Below are positions 37,524-47,813 of a stretch of DNA of 64,000 bases, in pieces. Source of the DNA: a virus; the IMG/VR virus record IMGVR_UViG_3300037722_001025, positions 1 through 64,000 of that record. One strand, given 5' to 3'. Within the stretch, counting starts at the first letter, position 1. Every line of letters begins with the position of its first letter. The notes beneath the pieces were generated by a model. That model was not told the origin of the DNA, did not search any database, and saw only the letters and a program-made list of their open reading frames with translations. The translations under genes were made by a program, and so were the position numbers.

Positions 37524-38471
37524 TTAGGCAATATTCATTCCTATATCTCTTCTTAATTCCCATATTTCATCATCAGTCATTTTGTCTGGATCCCCATCAG
37601 ATAATTCTAATACTTCTACTTCGGGAACGATACAAGAGACTTCATTTGCCATTTTGTGAGCATGTGTAATTGCCTCACCATCATCCTCTTCTCTACCATC
37701 AAAAAGAATAAATAATCTCCTTATTCCTTTTAGGAGGATTAATTGTTCAGTAGTGAATTGTGTTCCAAAGGTGCAAATGCCACCATCTCCAAATCTCCAT
37801 ACATCTAATAATCCCTCCATAGCCACAGCAGTATCCTTCACACTATCTATGTTATATAGGCAGTGTTTGGCTTGTAGAACACTTTTTTCAATTGGTGCAT
37901 TTTTATAGGGAACCTCAAGTTTTCCCGTCGTGTCTCTCCCTACATACGTTACCAATTCCCCCTTCATGTAGACAGGAATAATCAATCTGAATTTCCAATC
38001 ATCCAGAGTAGGTCCAACACCTAAAACATCATACTTTCTTTGAATTTTTATAGGGTCGTAACCTCTCCCTATGATGAATTTTTCATGAATAGGGAGAAGT
38101 TTTTCATTGGTGCAAGATGGGAATAAAACTTTTTCGGAAGGAGTCCTTATTTTCTTCACTAAATGTGCAAAGTTAGTTCGGACATATTTAGGCAGTGTAG
38201 TTATAGCCCTTTTAAAAGAGCAATTATCAATAGCCATTATGAGGTTAAGAACAGTGCCTTTCTTTTTACATTTCCAACAACTAATCTTCATTGTTTCCAT
38301 GTTGACCCCGAAGTGATTCGAGGCATCTCGACAGAAAGGACAATTCATTCCAATCCATCCTGGTGAGATGTTCTTGCCTTCTGATGCCCAAATTACACCT
38401 CTATCATCAAGGTATTCTTGGACATCGAAGAAATCTAGTTCAATGTCCTCATATACAGGTTTCTTTTCCAT
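37524..38471 (-). CDS. DNA primase (zinc finger plus TOPRIM)
   Basis: CPFC...CWKC, RLIIP, GR, EGLLD, LFDG. Confidence 0.85.
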   Translation of the reverse strand: MEKKPVYEDIELDFFDVQEYLDDRGVIWASEGKNISPGWIGMNCPFCRDASNHFGVNMETMKISCWKCKKKGTVLNLIMAIDNCSFKRAITTLPKYVRTNFAHLVKKIRTPSEKVLFPSCTNEKLLPIHEKFIIGRGYDPIKIQRKYDVLGVGPTLDDWKFRLIIPVYMKGELVTYVGRDTTGKLEVPYKNAPIEKSVLQAKHCLYNIDSVKDTAVAMEGLLDVWRFGDGGICTFGTQFTTEQLILLKGIRRLFILFDGREEDDGEAITHAHKMANEVSCIVPEVEVLELSDGDPDKMTDDEIWELRRDIGMNIA

Positions 38472-38481
38472 TTTCTTCAGA

Positions 38482-38664
38482 TTATTCCCAAGAGGTTAAT
38501 TCATAATCCTCATCATTATGTAATAAATCTACAAGTCCTTTATCAGTTCGAACTACTGCCCAATCATAACCAACAGCTTCAACTCTACCACACCTAGCAA
38601 AATCATAATGTCTTAGGTAATTCAGATTCACTACACATCCTACCTTCAACTCATTTACTTTCAT
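38482..38664 (-). CDS. hypothetical protein
   Basis: Operon tiling. Confidence 0.5.
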   Translation of the reverse strand: MKVNELKVGCVVNLNYLRHYDFARCGRVEAVGYDWAVVRTDKGLVDLLHNDEDYELTSWE

Positions 38665-38851
38665 TTAATTTTCTCTCCAGATATTTTTTAATCCAATCAA
38701 GTCGAACTTGTTGACCGTACAACTGACTTGTAGCCATAAATAGTCGTTTTTCATGTAATTTTATTTTTCCTTTTATATGACTAATATAAATTTCTGTATC
38801 CACTTTTGCCTTCTCAAGCTGTTCTTTATTTAGATGTTTTAGGTCACTCAT
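38651..38851 (-). CDS. hypothetical protein
   Basis: Operon tiling. Confidence 0.5.
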   Translation of the reverse strand: MSDLKHLNKEQLEKAKVDTEIYISHIKGKIKLHEKRLFMATSQLYGQQVRLDWIKKYLERKLNESK

Positions 38852-38854
38852 AAT

Positions 38855-39169
38855 TTAATCCTTAAGTATGTAGTGAGGATTCATTCTAAAAAATAAGGAA
38901 ACTATTATTTTAGCTTCAGCCAAAGTTTTTGCTCTTTTCTTCAAAGTTCTCCATTGCCAGGGGGTTACTGAATGATCAGCAACCCTTATTTTTAATTCAG
39001 GGTGATTACCTACTCTAGCATCACAAGGATAATATCCCTTTTCACAATAAATTTTTGCCGCACATGTACCATCTTCGTATTCAGCAGAAGGCCATCCTCT
39101 TTTGTGAAAACTTCTGTATCTACCAGTTTCGGGAGGATCAACTTTCCATTTATATTTTTTCATATCCAA
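38855..39169 (-). CDS. hypothetical protein
   Basis: Operon tiling. Confidence 0.55.
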   Translation of the reverse strand: MDMKKYKWKVDPPETGRYRSFHKRGWPSAEYEDGTCAAKIYCEKGYYPCDARVGNHPELKIRVADHSVTPWQWRTLKKRAKTLAEAKIIVSLFFRMNPHYILKD

Positions 39170-40527
39170 CCTGACTCCATATAAAGAATTAATCGGAGAG
39201 CAAAATGCTCTATGAGATATCGGTTACTAGGATCAAAGATGTCATAAATCCACACCTCATCCTTATCAACTGTTTTTCTCAAACCTCGACCAATCTTTTG
39301 TAAAGCTGCTCTTTCGGTTTTACCACCCGAAGCGTTGATGACTACATTCAGAGAAGGAATGTTAATACCCTCAATCCAAACTACACTGCAAATTGTACAA
39401 CATGTTTCTTTTGCTTTCAGAGCATTAACCTCATTCGTCCTTGAGTCGGACTTAGTAGCTCCGTAGATAAATTCTGCTTTTATGTCTAGAGCTTGCAAAG
39501 CTGTTTGGATGTTATGTCCGTGTTCGGTCTGAACAACCATAATCAGAACAGATTCACCTTTATCTATATGTTTTTTGGCAGTAGCCGCAATAAGGTTATT
39601 GCGTTCGACATTATTGACTACGCCTACATTGTAGGCTTCTGGGTACTTTCGGATAGCTTTTACGTCATAATCTATGGAGGTTTTTAACAGCTTGATTTTG
39701 GGTGTAGCCAGAATACCTAAATTATTTGCTTCATTGATTGAGAGTTCTCCTACTACAGGTCCAAGTAAACCAGTACAGGCAAGAAAGCCTTCACCGTCTG
39801 ATTCTTTCATGGGTGTAGCTGTCAACCCCAATCTAAATGGAGCTGGAATCATTCTTAAAATTTTGGCATACTGAGAATCTAAACCTTTGCTTACATGGTG
39901 GGCTTCATCGACTACCACAATGTCATACAAATGACCAAATTCTTCTGCAAGACGAATAAAACTTTGTCTGGTAGCTATGGTAATATCTTTGCCACATTCG
40001 TTAAAACCGTCTCCTACTCTACCTACACTTTTGAACCCCAATTTAATAGCTTCTTCGTAGGCTTGTTTCATCAGGTCTTTTGTGTGGCACATCCATAAAA
40101 CCATTATACCTGGTAATGCTGATAGACAACCAAAACCCAGAATCGTTTTTCCTGATCCTGTAGGAGATACAATGATGCCTCTGGGGCTGTCTAACCAAGA
40201 ATCGATTAATTTAATCTGATCTTCCCTAAAAATTATGCCAGGGAGTTCAGGTTCATACATGGTAAAATCTTCTTTACTCCGATCCTCTACTTCTACCTCA
40301 AGATTTAAATCCTTACATTTTTCAAGTACATGGGATAGGAGGCCAGAATAGAAAATAAAACCTTCTTTGATTCGATATAAGGTGCTTTTTTGGGTTTCTT
40401 TCCTTATCTTCTTGTGAGGACCTTGAATGTAGTAAGCAGAGGAAAAAGATAAATAAGGTCTAACCATTTCAGCCAGATCTGGACTTATAAGAGTTTCCAC
40501 AGGATTTAAGACGACGATTTTGTGCAT
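39160..40527 (-). CDS. superfamily 2 helicase (UvsW/XPB-like)
   Basis: REDQ, PTGSGKT, DEAH, LTATP, EGINIP, QKIGRGLR. Confidence 0.92.
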   Translation of the reverse strand: MHKIVVLNPVETLISPDLAEMVRPYLSFSSAYYIQGPHKKIRKETQKSTLYRIKEGFIFYSGLLSHVLEKCKDLNLEVEVEDRSKEDFTMYEPELPGIIFREDQIKLIDSWLDSPRGIIVSPTGSGKTILGFGCLSALPGIMVLWMCHTKDLMKQAYEEAIKLGFKSVGRVGDGFNECGKDITIATRQSFIRLAEEFGHLYDIVVVDEAHHVSKGLDSQYAKILRMIPAPFRLGLTATPMKESDGEGFLACTGLLGPVVGELSINEANNLGILATPKIKLLKTSIDYDVKAIRKYPEAYNVGVVNNVERNNLIAATAKKHIDKGESVLIMVVQTEHGHNIQTALQALDIKAEFIYGATKSDSRTNEVNALKAKETCCTICSVVWIEGINIPSLNVVINASGGKTERAALQKIGRGLRKTVDKDEVWIYDIFDPSNRYLIEHFALRLILYMESGWI

Positions 40528-40820
40528 TAATCCGACGCTTTCTCCAGATTGTATCCTTTAGCGGGAGATACATCACCACCAAGGATTACTTTTGTTTCCC
40601 ACCAAGTTTTAGATCCATCATCACAACGAACAATTCCTTCAAAGGTATAACCTAGAGGAATTTTACCTGTACAACGACCGAATGTTTTGCGTAAAGCATT
40701 CAGCAAAGCAAGCTTGGTAGGAGTTTCATATTCGATTATGGCTTCTTCTTTCCATTTTTGGGAACGAGTAGTTTTGGGGACATACTCACGGGCTATGACA
40801 CGGGCTTTAATTGAATACAT
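40527..40820 (-). CDS. hypothetical protein
   Basis: Operon tiling; SD AAGGA. Confidence 0.55.
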   Translation of the reverse strand: MYSIKARVIAREYVPKTTRSQKWKEEAIIEYETPTKLALLNALRKTFGRCTGKIPLGYTFEGIVRCDDGSKTWWETKVILGGDVSPAKGYNLEKASD

Positions 40821-40840
40821 GTGGTTAAATCCTTTTCAAG

Positions 40841-41155
40841 TTAGGAACATAGTGCGTTGGCTATTTCATCCCTGACTATCAGGGTTTTTTGAGCAGACCA
40901 GTTAAAGTGTTCTTTCATGTATTTTATCAGGTCTTTTTGAATTACTCTGCCAGTTTGAGTGAACATTTCATCGGGTAGGGTCATCAGAACTCGGGTGAAT
41001 GTATAAGCTTCATCACTAAAGGAAGATAGGATTTGATTAAATATTGCTTTGCTTTCAGGATTATCTGGTGCAATTAAGATACAATCACTGTGATCCACAT
41101 ATTCACCCCAAAATACTTCACAAGCTAACTCTAGGTTAGACTTACCCTTAGCCAT
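40841..41155 (-). CDS. hypothetical protein
   Basis: SD AAGGAG. Confidence 0.6.
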   Translation of the reverse strand: MAKGKSNLELACEVFWGEYVDHSDCILIAPDNPESKAIFNQILSSFSDEAYTFTRVLMTLPDEMFTQTGRVIQKDLIKYMKEHFNWSAQKTLIVRDEIANALCS

Positions 41156-41196
41156 TCTGCCGCTCCTTCAATAAGTAAGGGATTAAATGTAAAGGT

Positions 41197-41565
41197 TTAA
41201 GTTGTTTTTCTCCTGATCAGTACAAGAGGAGCATCAGCCAACTCTCTTTCTTCCTTCCTTTTTTCAAAAGCAATGGCTCTCTTAACGTCCACAATAGTTT
41301 TATATTGGAAACATCTTATACAATATTCATCAGTTCCTTTAGAATAGCAGGAAACACAAGCTTCTACCGAAATAAAGTGATCTTTCTTGTTGCACCAGAA
41401 GATATGATGAGGATAGAATTTTTCACAGGTTTTTCTGTTTCCATCAATGTACTTCTGAACTTCAGGGCAATGACGGAGATCAGGTTTCTTTTTCTTGCTT
41501 TCGTCTTTATCAGCAGAAATTCGCCATTTAGCTTCAACAAATCTCCTACAGTATCTACAATCCAC
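41197..41565 (-). CDS. Cys-rich hypothetical protein
   Basis: Nine Cys; SD AAGGAG; C-terminal PLVLIRRK. Confidence 0.6.
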   Translation of the reverse strand: MDCRYCRRFVEAKWRISADKDESKKKKPDLRHCPEVQKYIDGNRKTCEKFYPHHIFWCNKKDHFISVEACVSCYSKGTDEYCIRCFQYKTIVDVKRAIAFEKRKEERELADAPLVLIRRKTT

Positions 41566-41569
41566 AGGT

Positions 41570-41755
41570 TCATCTCCTTTGGTTGATAGCTTGAATTTTC
41601 TCTTCCTCTTCCAGAAATTTAACTATTGCCATTTTAGTGAAAGCAGCCTGTGTGATATTCAACCTTTTACACTGATCATTGATGCGATCCTTCAAGTGAC
41701 TGTCCATCCGAACGTACAATACCTTGTTTGAATCTTCGGGAAAAGTGGTTGCCAT
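41570..41755 (-). CDS. ribbon-helix-helix (CopG-like) regulator
   Basis: LYVRM strand followed by two helices; first gene after a promoter. Confidence 0.7.
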   Translation of the reverse strand: MATTFPEDSNKVLYVRMDSHLKDRINDQCKRLNITQAAFTKMAIVKFLEEEEKIQAINQRR

Positions 41756-41793
41756 ACTGTGTTACTCCTTGTTTGTTTGCTTTTTATATTGTT

Positions 41794-41821
41794 ATTATAT
41801 CAACTAAATAGCACAATGCAA
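41794..41821 (-). promoter_or_regulatory. class I (early) promoter
   Basis: gcTTGCAT-16 nt (ending TGA)-TATAAT. Confidence 0.75.
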
Positions 41822-41851
41822 GCGGAAAGTTAAGCTCTTTTTGAGGAAAAA

Positions 41852-42130
41852 TCACTTTCCTTCAAAGATTCTTTCGAGAATAGCAATTTGTTTTTCCGAT
41901 AAATACTTACCATATATTTCAGATCGGTTAATTTGGACATTGATGGATTCTAGAAAAGTTTTTTCCCAATCTGAGAGTTTGTCCTCAGAATATAGCATTA
42001 GCCGATTAATCATAAACCTGTGGGATTCTTTTAATTTTTCGTGTTTTTGGTGTTCTAATTCTGCTTCCTTCCTTTCTCGTTCCCTTTTCTCCTTATATTC
42101 AGGAGTATTCATTTTGTTAAAATCAACCAT
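41852..42130 (-). CDS. hypothetical protein
   Basis: LSDWEKTFLESI...LSEKQIAILERI motif common in phage proteins. Confidence 0.6.
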   Translation of the reverse strand: MVDFNKMNTPEYKEKRERERKEAELEHQKHEKLKESHRFMINRLMLYSEDKLSDWEKTFLESINVQINRSEIYGKYLSEKQIAILERIFEGK

Positions 42131-42323
42131 TTTTTATATCCTTTTCTACAATAAAAGGAAGAACAGAAATACATGGAACTTTCGCATCACCGATTTCTGC
42201 ACAAAGATGGTCACATCGGCGGCTCCAATCATGGACTTTGGAATGTTCTGAGCAGGGGTTTCCACATTTGTAAGTTCTTTTACAAATTACCTTTCTCGGA
42301 ATACTCCAATCATTCATGATCAC
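42123..42323 (-). CDS. Cys/His-rich protein resembling the N-domain of 20462-20737
   Basis: Same Cys/His spacing; SD GGAGG. Confidence 0.55.
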   Translation of the reverse strand: MIMNDWSIPRKVICKRTYKCGNPCSEHSKVHDWSRRCDHLCAEIGDAKVPCISVLPFIVEKDIKNG

Positions 42324-42373
42324 CTCCTTAAGTTCTTCTCACATCAGTTTATATGCAATCTGTTCCTCAGGTG

Positions 42374-42685
42374 TCATTCCCAACGTTCCTTTTCATCAAG
42401 AACCTCCCGTTCAAATTCTTCGGCAGATTTATTTTCCACATTCGGGGTACCTTTCTGAATAATTTCTTCAACCTCTTCATCAGTCAAAAAATCTAAAAAT
42501 CTTTGCATAGCATCTGGGAAACCTTCTTCTTTTACAGCACCACAAATGGTACAACTTTTTTCTGCTTTAGAGTGGATATACTGGGGCAAAAAAGGACAGT
42601 CACATTCCCAGAAATTCGGATTGGTATAAAAACTATTAGTCTCACTTTTGTGGAGTTCTAAATTTTGTTTGTATTCTTCTTTCAT
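42374..42685 (-). CDS. zinc-ribbon protein, paralog of 52249-52545
   Basis: FYTNPxFWECDC...IH...CxxC...EGxPD...LTDEE. Confidence 0.65.
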   Translation of the reverse strand: MKEEYKQNLELHKSETNSFYTNPNFWECDCPFLPQYIHSKAEKSCTICGAVKEEGFPDAMQRFLDFLTDEEVEEIIQKGTPNVENKSAEEFEREVLDEKERWE

Positions 42686-42880
42686 GGATAAGTTCCTTAA
42701 AGATGAGGATTTTAAAAACCTTTTGTTCTTTTATGATAAAGTTTTCAGTATTGAAAAACAAGTATCTTTTGATGTTTTGGAACAGTATTTCTTAGTGTCT
42801 ACCTTGCTCTACCGTGTATTACAAATCGTAACGAATATCAGAGCGACAATGAGCAAATTTGAGCATGTGGTAGAGTGTTC

Positions 42881-43183
42881 CTAATTTTGATGCCAAGGTT
42901 TTCTTTTGCCTTTTTCTTCAAGTTGATTAGCAGTGTTCCGCAAAGCGTTGATGCAATCCTCTCGGTTAGCATTACTGATATAATTCCCAAATGTATTTTC
43001 AGGGGTTTTCTCAAATTCAAAAGTAACCAAGAAAAACCCCATCTTTTTACCAGCAACCATTTTAAGAGTTTCGTCAATTACATTTGCAAGAGGTTGTAAA
43101 ATATCGTGGATTTCAAGTTTACTCATTAGGTGCTCCTTCATATTCAAAATCTTTGTATTTGTGTTGGGACTTACTTTTGGCAA
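42881..43183 (-). CDS. hypothetical protein (true start likely downstream)
   Basis: GFFLVTF...NYISNANRED conserved-looking motif. Confidence 0.55.
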   Translation of the reverse strand: MPKVSPNTNTKILNMKEHLMSKLEIHDILQPLANVIDETLKMVAGKKMGFFLVTFEFEKTPENTFGNYISNANREDCINALRNTANQLEEKGKRKPWHQN

Positions 43184-43354
43184 TGGGTTGAACCGTTACT
43201 AATTCAACACTGAGGTGCTCATCTGGAGGTTTACTACCTTCATTAGAGCCAATATCCTTTGTTATCATTTCCGCGATTGCTATTATTGAATTTTTGGATT
43301 TTACGGTAACCAGAAATTGGTGCACCATAATTTTGTACTCCTATTAAAGCAGAG

Positions 43355-43669
43355 TTATTTTAACCAAGTATCCATACAGGTTGAATAAATAGCATTGGAT
43401 ACACGGAGTCGTTCTTCTTCCCAATCTGTTTCATCGAATTCTCCATGATTACGATAAACAAACTGGATAGTAGGAGCTAGCATTTCTACTCCTTCCTGCC
43501 CTTCAATCATGCCCATAAGTTCGTGTAAACTGATTCCTGTTTTTCTGGCTATTACAACTGTTTCACCAGCAATGGCGGCTTCTCTGCAAGCTTGATGCTT
43601 GGTTATTTCTTCTCCATAAGAAGTCGTGGCAAACAGCATGAAAGTCAACAAACCGATTATTTTCTTCAT
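43355..43669 (-). CDS. secreted protein
   Basis: Signal peptide MKKIIGLLTFMLFATTSYG; SD AAGGAG. Confidence 0.6.
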   Translation of the reverse strand: MKKIIGLLTFMLFATTSYGEEITKHQACREAAIAGETVVIARKTGISLHELMGMIEGQEGVEMLAPTIQFVYRNHGEFDETDWEEERLRVSNAIYSTCMDTWLK

Positions 43670-43803
43670 GATTTCTCCTTTTCCTCCTCTTTTTGAGTTT
43701 CCCTCCTAATATAGTTCCAACAATATTTAGGAATCTTGATTCGGTATTCTTTAGGACACCATGTGGAACAACAAGTGGAGCAAATTGTTTTCACCCTATA
43801 ACT

Positions 43804-44136
43804 TTATTCCTTTACAATGAGTAAAGTCTTATTAGCTTTGACCCACAAAACAGTCCCCATGTTGATCATTCGATAAGATTTGTTCCAGGCTTCTTCTTTG
43901 GGTAGAGTCATCAGGTATTTTCGATAAAGAAGCATGTCACCAACAAGAACATAGGAATTGCTAGGTTGTGCTGGAGATGGGCGTTTAGCGTTTTCTTTTG
44001 GTTTCCGAATGTGGGCGAGAATCTTCCGCACACTTCCATCCTTCTCTATGAATTCAGCAGAGAAGAGTTGACCCCTAGTGGCTTTCACTATGGGGTAGAT
44101 TTTGAACCTTGAAATTTCTATTTCTCTGATATCCAT
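43804..44136 (-). CDS. SH3-like beta-barrel phage protein
   Basis: FSAEFIEKDGSVR...YRMIN motif. Confidence 0.55.
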   Translation of the reverse strand: MDIREIEISRFKIYPIVKATRGQLFSAEFIEKDGSVRKILAHIRKPKENAKRPSPAQPSNSYVLVGDMLLYRKYLMTLPKEEAWNKSYRMINMGTVLWVKANKTLLIVKE

Positions 44137-44315
44137 GATTTTCTCCTTTATTTTGATTTAACTAACAAGTTTAAAAAATCTAGGATTAACGTGATTAATA
44201 ATACCACGCCAATGGATTTATCTACCATACTATCAACCTCTCCAGAATGGATCGCGTTAGCTATCAAAACACAACCAAAAACAAAAGCGAAATTCATGAG
44301 TTTTCTCCTCTCCTT

Positions 44316-44693
44316 TCAAAGCCCTCGTCGGATTATTTCCTTCAGAACTTGTGGAGCTTCTTCAGCAATATTGCTTTTGGTTTCTTCATCGATGGGATAT
44401 TCAATAAAACCAGATTCTTCATCCTCAGTATCCCAACTTGGATCATTTTTCTCAAGCCATTGTTTGAGCAATTTGATTTTTTCCTCTTCGATCAGCATAC
44501 AGAAAAGGTATTCTTCAGGGTTACAACAACCACATCCAGAGTGATAACCCTCCTGAATTATTGTGTAAAATTCCACACCTTCTTGGAGAAGGTTTTCAAT
44601 GCATTTGATATCATCTCTGGGAATCTTGGTAACATATTCACAATATTTTTCCATAGTTTTCCCCTTTAATGTTCGATAAGGTTTCTTCCACAA
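44316..44693 (-). CDS. hypothetical protein
   Basis: ORF; SGCGCC motif. Confidence 0.5.
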   Translation of the reverse strand: MWKKPYRTLKGKTMEKYCEYVTKIPRDDIKCIENLLQEGVEFYTIIQEGYHSGCGCCNPEEYLFCMLIEEEKIKLLKQWLEKNDPSWDTEDEESGFIEYPIDEETKSNIAEEAPQVLKEIIRRGL

Positions 44694-44770
44694 TAAGGGT
44701 ATCTACGCCAGCTACTTTGTATGAGACGGCGACGATTCGATAGGATGAGACAAACACAATCAACTATAGT

Positions 44771-44977
44771 TTATCTCCTATTCCAATCTACTTTAATAAG
44801 TTCGACTTTGGCTCCGTCATACCATTCAATCAAGGTTTGTTTCAGGTGTTCTTCAAATTCTCCAACATCTCCTCCAGGATCACCACTTTCAATTTCAATA
44901 GTAATTGTATCAGAGAAAGATCGAATACCAGCACCTGATTCTCCAGGATGATTAATTTTGAAAGTTACCTGTTTCAT
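44771..44977 (-). CDS. hypothetical protein
   Basis: SD GGGGG. Confidence 0.5.
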   Translation of the reverse strand: MKQVTFKINHPGESGAGIRSFSDTITIEIESGDPGGDVGEFEEHLKQTLIEWYDGAKVELIKVDWNRR

Positions 44978-45015
44978 TCTTTCCCCCTTTTGAGAAAGTT
45001 TGACTTACTCAAGTT

Positions 45016-45041
45016 GAGGCTGGGATTCTGCACCCAGCCTC
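45016..45041 (-). terminator. terminator-like hairpin
   Basis: GAGGCTGGG / CCCAGCCTC stem after the DUF932 gene. Confidence 0.6.
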
Positions 45042-45059
45042 GCTTTCAACAGTCAAGCT

Positions 45060-45929
45060 TTATGTAGCCCTTCGGTTCTTGTGTTCGAAGGCTTTCGTAA
45101 TCGCCGGCTGAATTTCGATGCGGCGCAGTTCTGACTTGATTTCATGGGTAGCATATTGGGTAGCTACACTATAGAACATCCAGCGATTCAGCTCACCGCT
45201 CTTGAGAGCAGTGGGGAGAATCAGGGAAGTGCTGGCTTCCGGAAGAGCTTCGATCTTTTCACGTTCGGGTTGAGAGAACGGAAGCTCGGCCCAGAGTTCC
45301 TCGTATTGATTCGGGAGCATCTTTTCTTCGGCCCATTCACGCCACAGCCCGGTCTGTTCGGAGAACTTGTTCATACCGTTGGTGATAGTTGCAGAGAGTT
45401 CATTCGGATCGAGGGATACAAGATGACGTTTTTTGAAGGAGTCGAAAGTCTGACCGACTTTCAGACCATTCGAACAGACGAGACGGAAAGCTCCGAAAGC
45501 TCCGCTGTATTTCCAACCCAGATCATATGAGCTGAAAACGTCGATGGTGGGGTTGACAAGATCATGGACTTTCGGATTGATGTCGAACAGAACTTCCGCA
45601 AACTTTGCCTCGACTCGCAGTTTGCCCCCGTCAGACAGAAGCTGGACGCTGATGGTGGGCTTGCCGAATTCAGGAAGTTTGTTGGCTGCTTCTTCGACCA
45701 GGTGAATCACTTCTTCATGCAGAACAGGTTGATAGGCGCTGGTGCAGACGTTGAATGCTGAACCAGTGTTCTGGTCAACAATCGCAAAGCGATCAGGAAT
45801 CCGATTCGCACTGCTGGGACGACGACCGTACCAGAGGGGTTCGAGAACGACGTTGGGAAACACTAGATTGTACCTGGTTTTCACGTCCTCACGAATTTCT
45901 TTGACTTCCTCAGGCGTTCTTTCTTTCAT
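45060..45929 (-). CDS. DUF932/DUF945-like phage protein
   Basis: YQPVLH, SSYD, AFRLVCSNGL, KRH motifs; start 45929 with GAGGAGG. Confidence 0.75.
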   Translation of the reverse strand: MKERTPEEVKEIREDVKTRYNLVFPNVVLEPLWYGRRPSSANRIPDRFAIVDQNTGSAFNVCTSAYQPVLHEEVIHLVEEAANKLPEFGKPTISVQLLSDGGKLRVEAKFAEVLFDINPKVHDLVNPTIDVFSSYDLGWKYSGAFGAFRLVCSNGLKVGQTFDSFKKRHLVSLDPNELSATITNGMNKFSEQTGLWREWAEEKMLPNQYEELWAELPFSQPEREKIEALPEASTSLILPTALKSGELNRWMFYSVATQYATHEIKSELRRIEIQPAITKAFEHKNRRAT

Positions 45930-45981
45930 GTTGCCTCCTCTCCCTTTTTCTCGGGATCGATTAGTGTTTGCTGCTATGATA

Positions 45982-46009
45982 ATTATATATGACCAATAGC
46001 AGTTTGCAA
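45982..46009 (-). promoter_or_regulatory. class I (early) promoter
   Basis: gcTTGCAA-16 nt-TATAAT. Confidence 0.75.
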
Positions 46010-46018
46010 GCAAAATAA

Positions 46019-46342
46019 TTATTTTTTATCTTTTATTTTCCTTTTACCACTGAATTGTCTCGGGTGTCTCCCGAAAAAGGTTTTATCTTTCCAAGGTTTT
46101 ATTTTCTTTAAAGTGGAATGAATTTCTTTCTTGGGGGAAAATTTTTCTTTTGTTGACATAAAAAAGAAAAATTTTTTATATTTCCTTTGGTAGCAAAGGG
46201 TGCAAATGTATCCAGGACTAGGATCAACATCGTCATCAAAAGCACCTTTAACATGAATGTCAGCCCAGTTAGTGCAGCCTAAAACTTCACACCTGAAACC
46301 TTCTTCTTCACCGTTAACAATTCTAAGAATTTCAAGGCTCAT
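46019..46342 (-). CDS. hypothetical protein, basic C-terminus
   Basis: SD AAGGA; C...C...CxxC. Confidence 0.5.
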   Translation of the reverse strand: MSLEILRIVNGEEEGFRCEVLGCTNWADIHVKGAFDDDVDPSPGYICTLCYQRKYKKFFFFMSTKEKFSPKKEIHSTLKKIKPWKDKTFFGRHPRQFSGKRKIKDKK

Positions 46343-46656
46343 AACTTAATCCTTTCATAATCTAATTTGTTCGGAGCCTCAGTTGAAACACAAGTAATAG
46401 CAGAGTATAGCTTGATACTATGGAATAACGTCCTGACTGCGGTAGAAGCTCAAAAATATTTGGTTCGTTGTTTACTTGACACATAATAATATAGATGATC
46501 CCAAGGATCATCTTCGTATTGGAAAGATTTCTGTTTGGGCAAAATCTTATCAATAGGCTTTTTAGAATTAATTTCTTTTCGGCAAGCACCACACGATTTA
46601 TTAATCTTGATACCGTGTTTACATGTAGGTATGAATTTGGACATAAGGTTATCTCC

Positions 46657-46938
46657 TCAATATTCATTCTTGAAAAATTTTAATTCCTCGTGTATTAAGA
46701 TTACTCCATCTTCATCGATTAAGGCAAAGAAGGTACCAGCCATGCATTCACAAACAAATATTGGGTAATCAGTGGAATGCTCAAGGATTTCTTCCGTCTT
46801 TAGTCCCTCTATGGAAGACAGTTTTTGGATACCATCATCCATATTATCCTGATTTTCACTGAACAGAGTAGCAGAACTATCATCATTTATGCTGAATCCA
46901 GCTTTCCAATTTAGAAAATCAAGTATTTCTTTTTTCAT
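46657..46938 (-). CDS. hypothetical protein
   Basis: SD GAGGTG. Confidence 0.55.
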   Translation of the reverse strand: MKKEILDFLNWKAGFSINDDSSATLFSENQDNMDDGIQKLSSIEGLKTEEILEHSTDYPIFVCECMAGTFFALIDEDGVILIHEELKFFKNEY

Positions 46939-47079
46939 GGTTTCACCTCAAGGTAGAGATACTTAGGAGTATGAAAATCACACCTACCAATAAAGTCAAG
47001 GGGTTTGTCGAATTTGTAATCATTAGTATACCGATTATAAAACTTACTCCTTTTATAAAATTCATTATGTATCCTATAA

Positions 47080-47109
47080 AGTAAGGGGTAGATTTCTCTA
47101 CCCCTTACT
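47080..47109 (-). terminator. intrinsic terminator
   Basis: 13-bp stem AGTAAGGGGTAGA / TCTACCCCTTACT. Confidence 0.7.
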
Positions 47110-47111
47110 GA

Positions 47112-47813
47112 TTACTTAATTTGAGTTTTCCCACCGTTGGGACCAGCAAGTGGTCTGGAGATATTCACCTTCTTACCTGCTTCAACTCCTGCTCGGTGAG
47201 CCTCGTAACTCCCGGTCAGTTTCACTCCTCGACCGCGTCGAAGATTGGGAAATTGTTGTTGAACGAAAGTGGATAACCCTTGATTTTTGATGACCATCAG
47301 GGCTGATCCAGCTTCATCGAAAGAAGCATTTCGACGGTCATAAAGATCCTTCATGCGGCGACCAATCTCGTTGACCATCGCATAGGCGAAAGTGTCCCTG
47401 TCAGCTTTTTTGGAGAATTTGTGATTTGCCTGCATCCCGACAGACCGGCGCAGATATTGGAAGAAAAAGACGGTGATTTCGATATCCGTCTTGGTACCGC
47501 AGTACATGAGAACCCAGGGTTTAGTTCGTTGAACAACCTTGACATCGAAAGCTTCTGAAATGACAAGAGCGAGGGATCCTTCCCAATTCACAGGTGCCTG
47601 TTTGTTCATGTCCACATCGATTCGGGAGAACATATCTTTAGACTTGCCAGCTCTGAGGTCAGCAAAATCGATGCTGTATTTTGCCATCAGTTTGGCAGCC
47701 ATTGCATTGGCAGCCTCACGTTCACCTGAGAGACCATTGTTGCTGTCTTTCCCAAGTTCCATGAGCTTGAGAATCTTGTCAACCATTGCTTTTTGTTCAG
47801 TGGAAAGTGCCAT
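47112..47813 (-). CDS. DUF2786 domain protein
   Basis: KILKLMEL...EREAANAMAAKLMAKYSI; C-terminal AGVEAG. Confidence 0.7.
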   Translation of the reverse strand: MALSTEQKAMVDKILKLMELGKDSNNGLSGEREAANAMAAKLMAKYSIDFADLRAGKSKDMFSRIDVDMNKQAPVNWEGSLALVISEAFDVKVVQRTKPWVLMYCGTKTDIEITVFFFQYLRRSVGMQANHKFSKKADRDTFAYAMVNEIGRRMKDLYDRRNASFDEAGSALMVIKNQGLSTFVQQQFPNLRRGRGVKLTGSYEAHRAGVEAGKKVNISRPLAGPNGGKTQIK

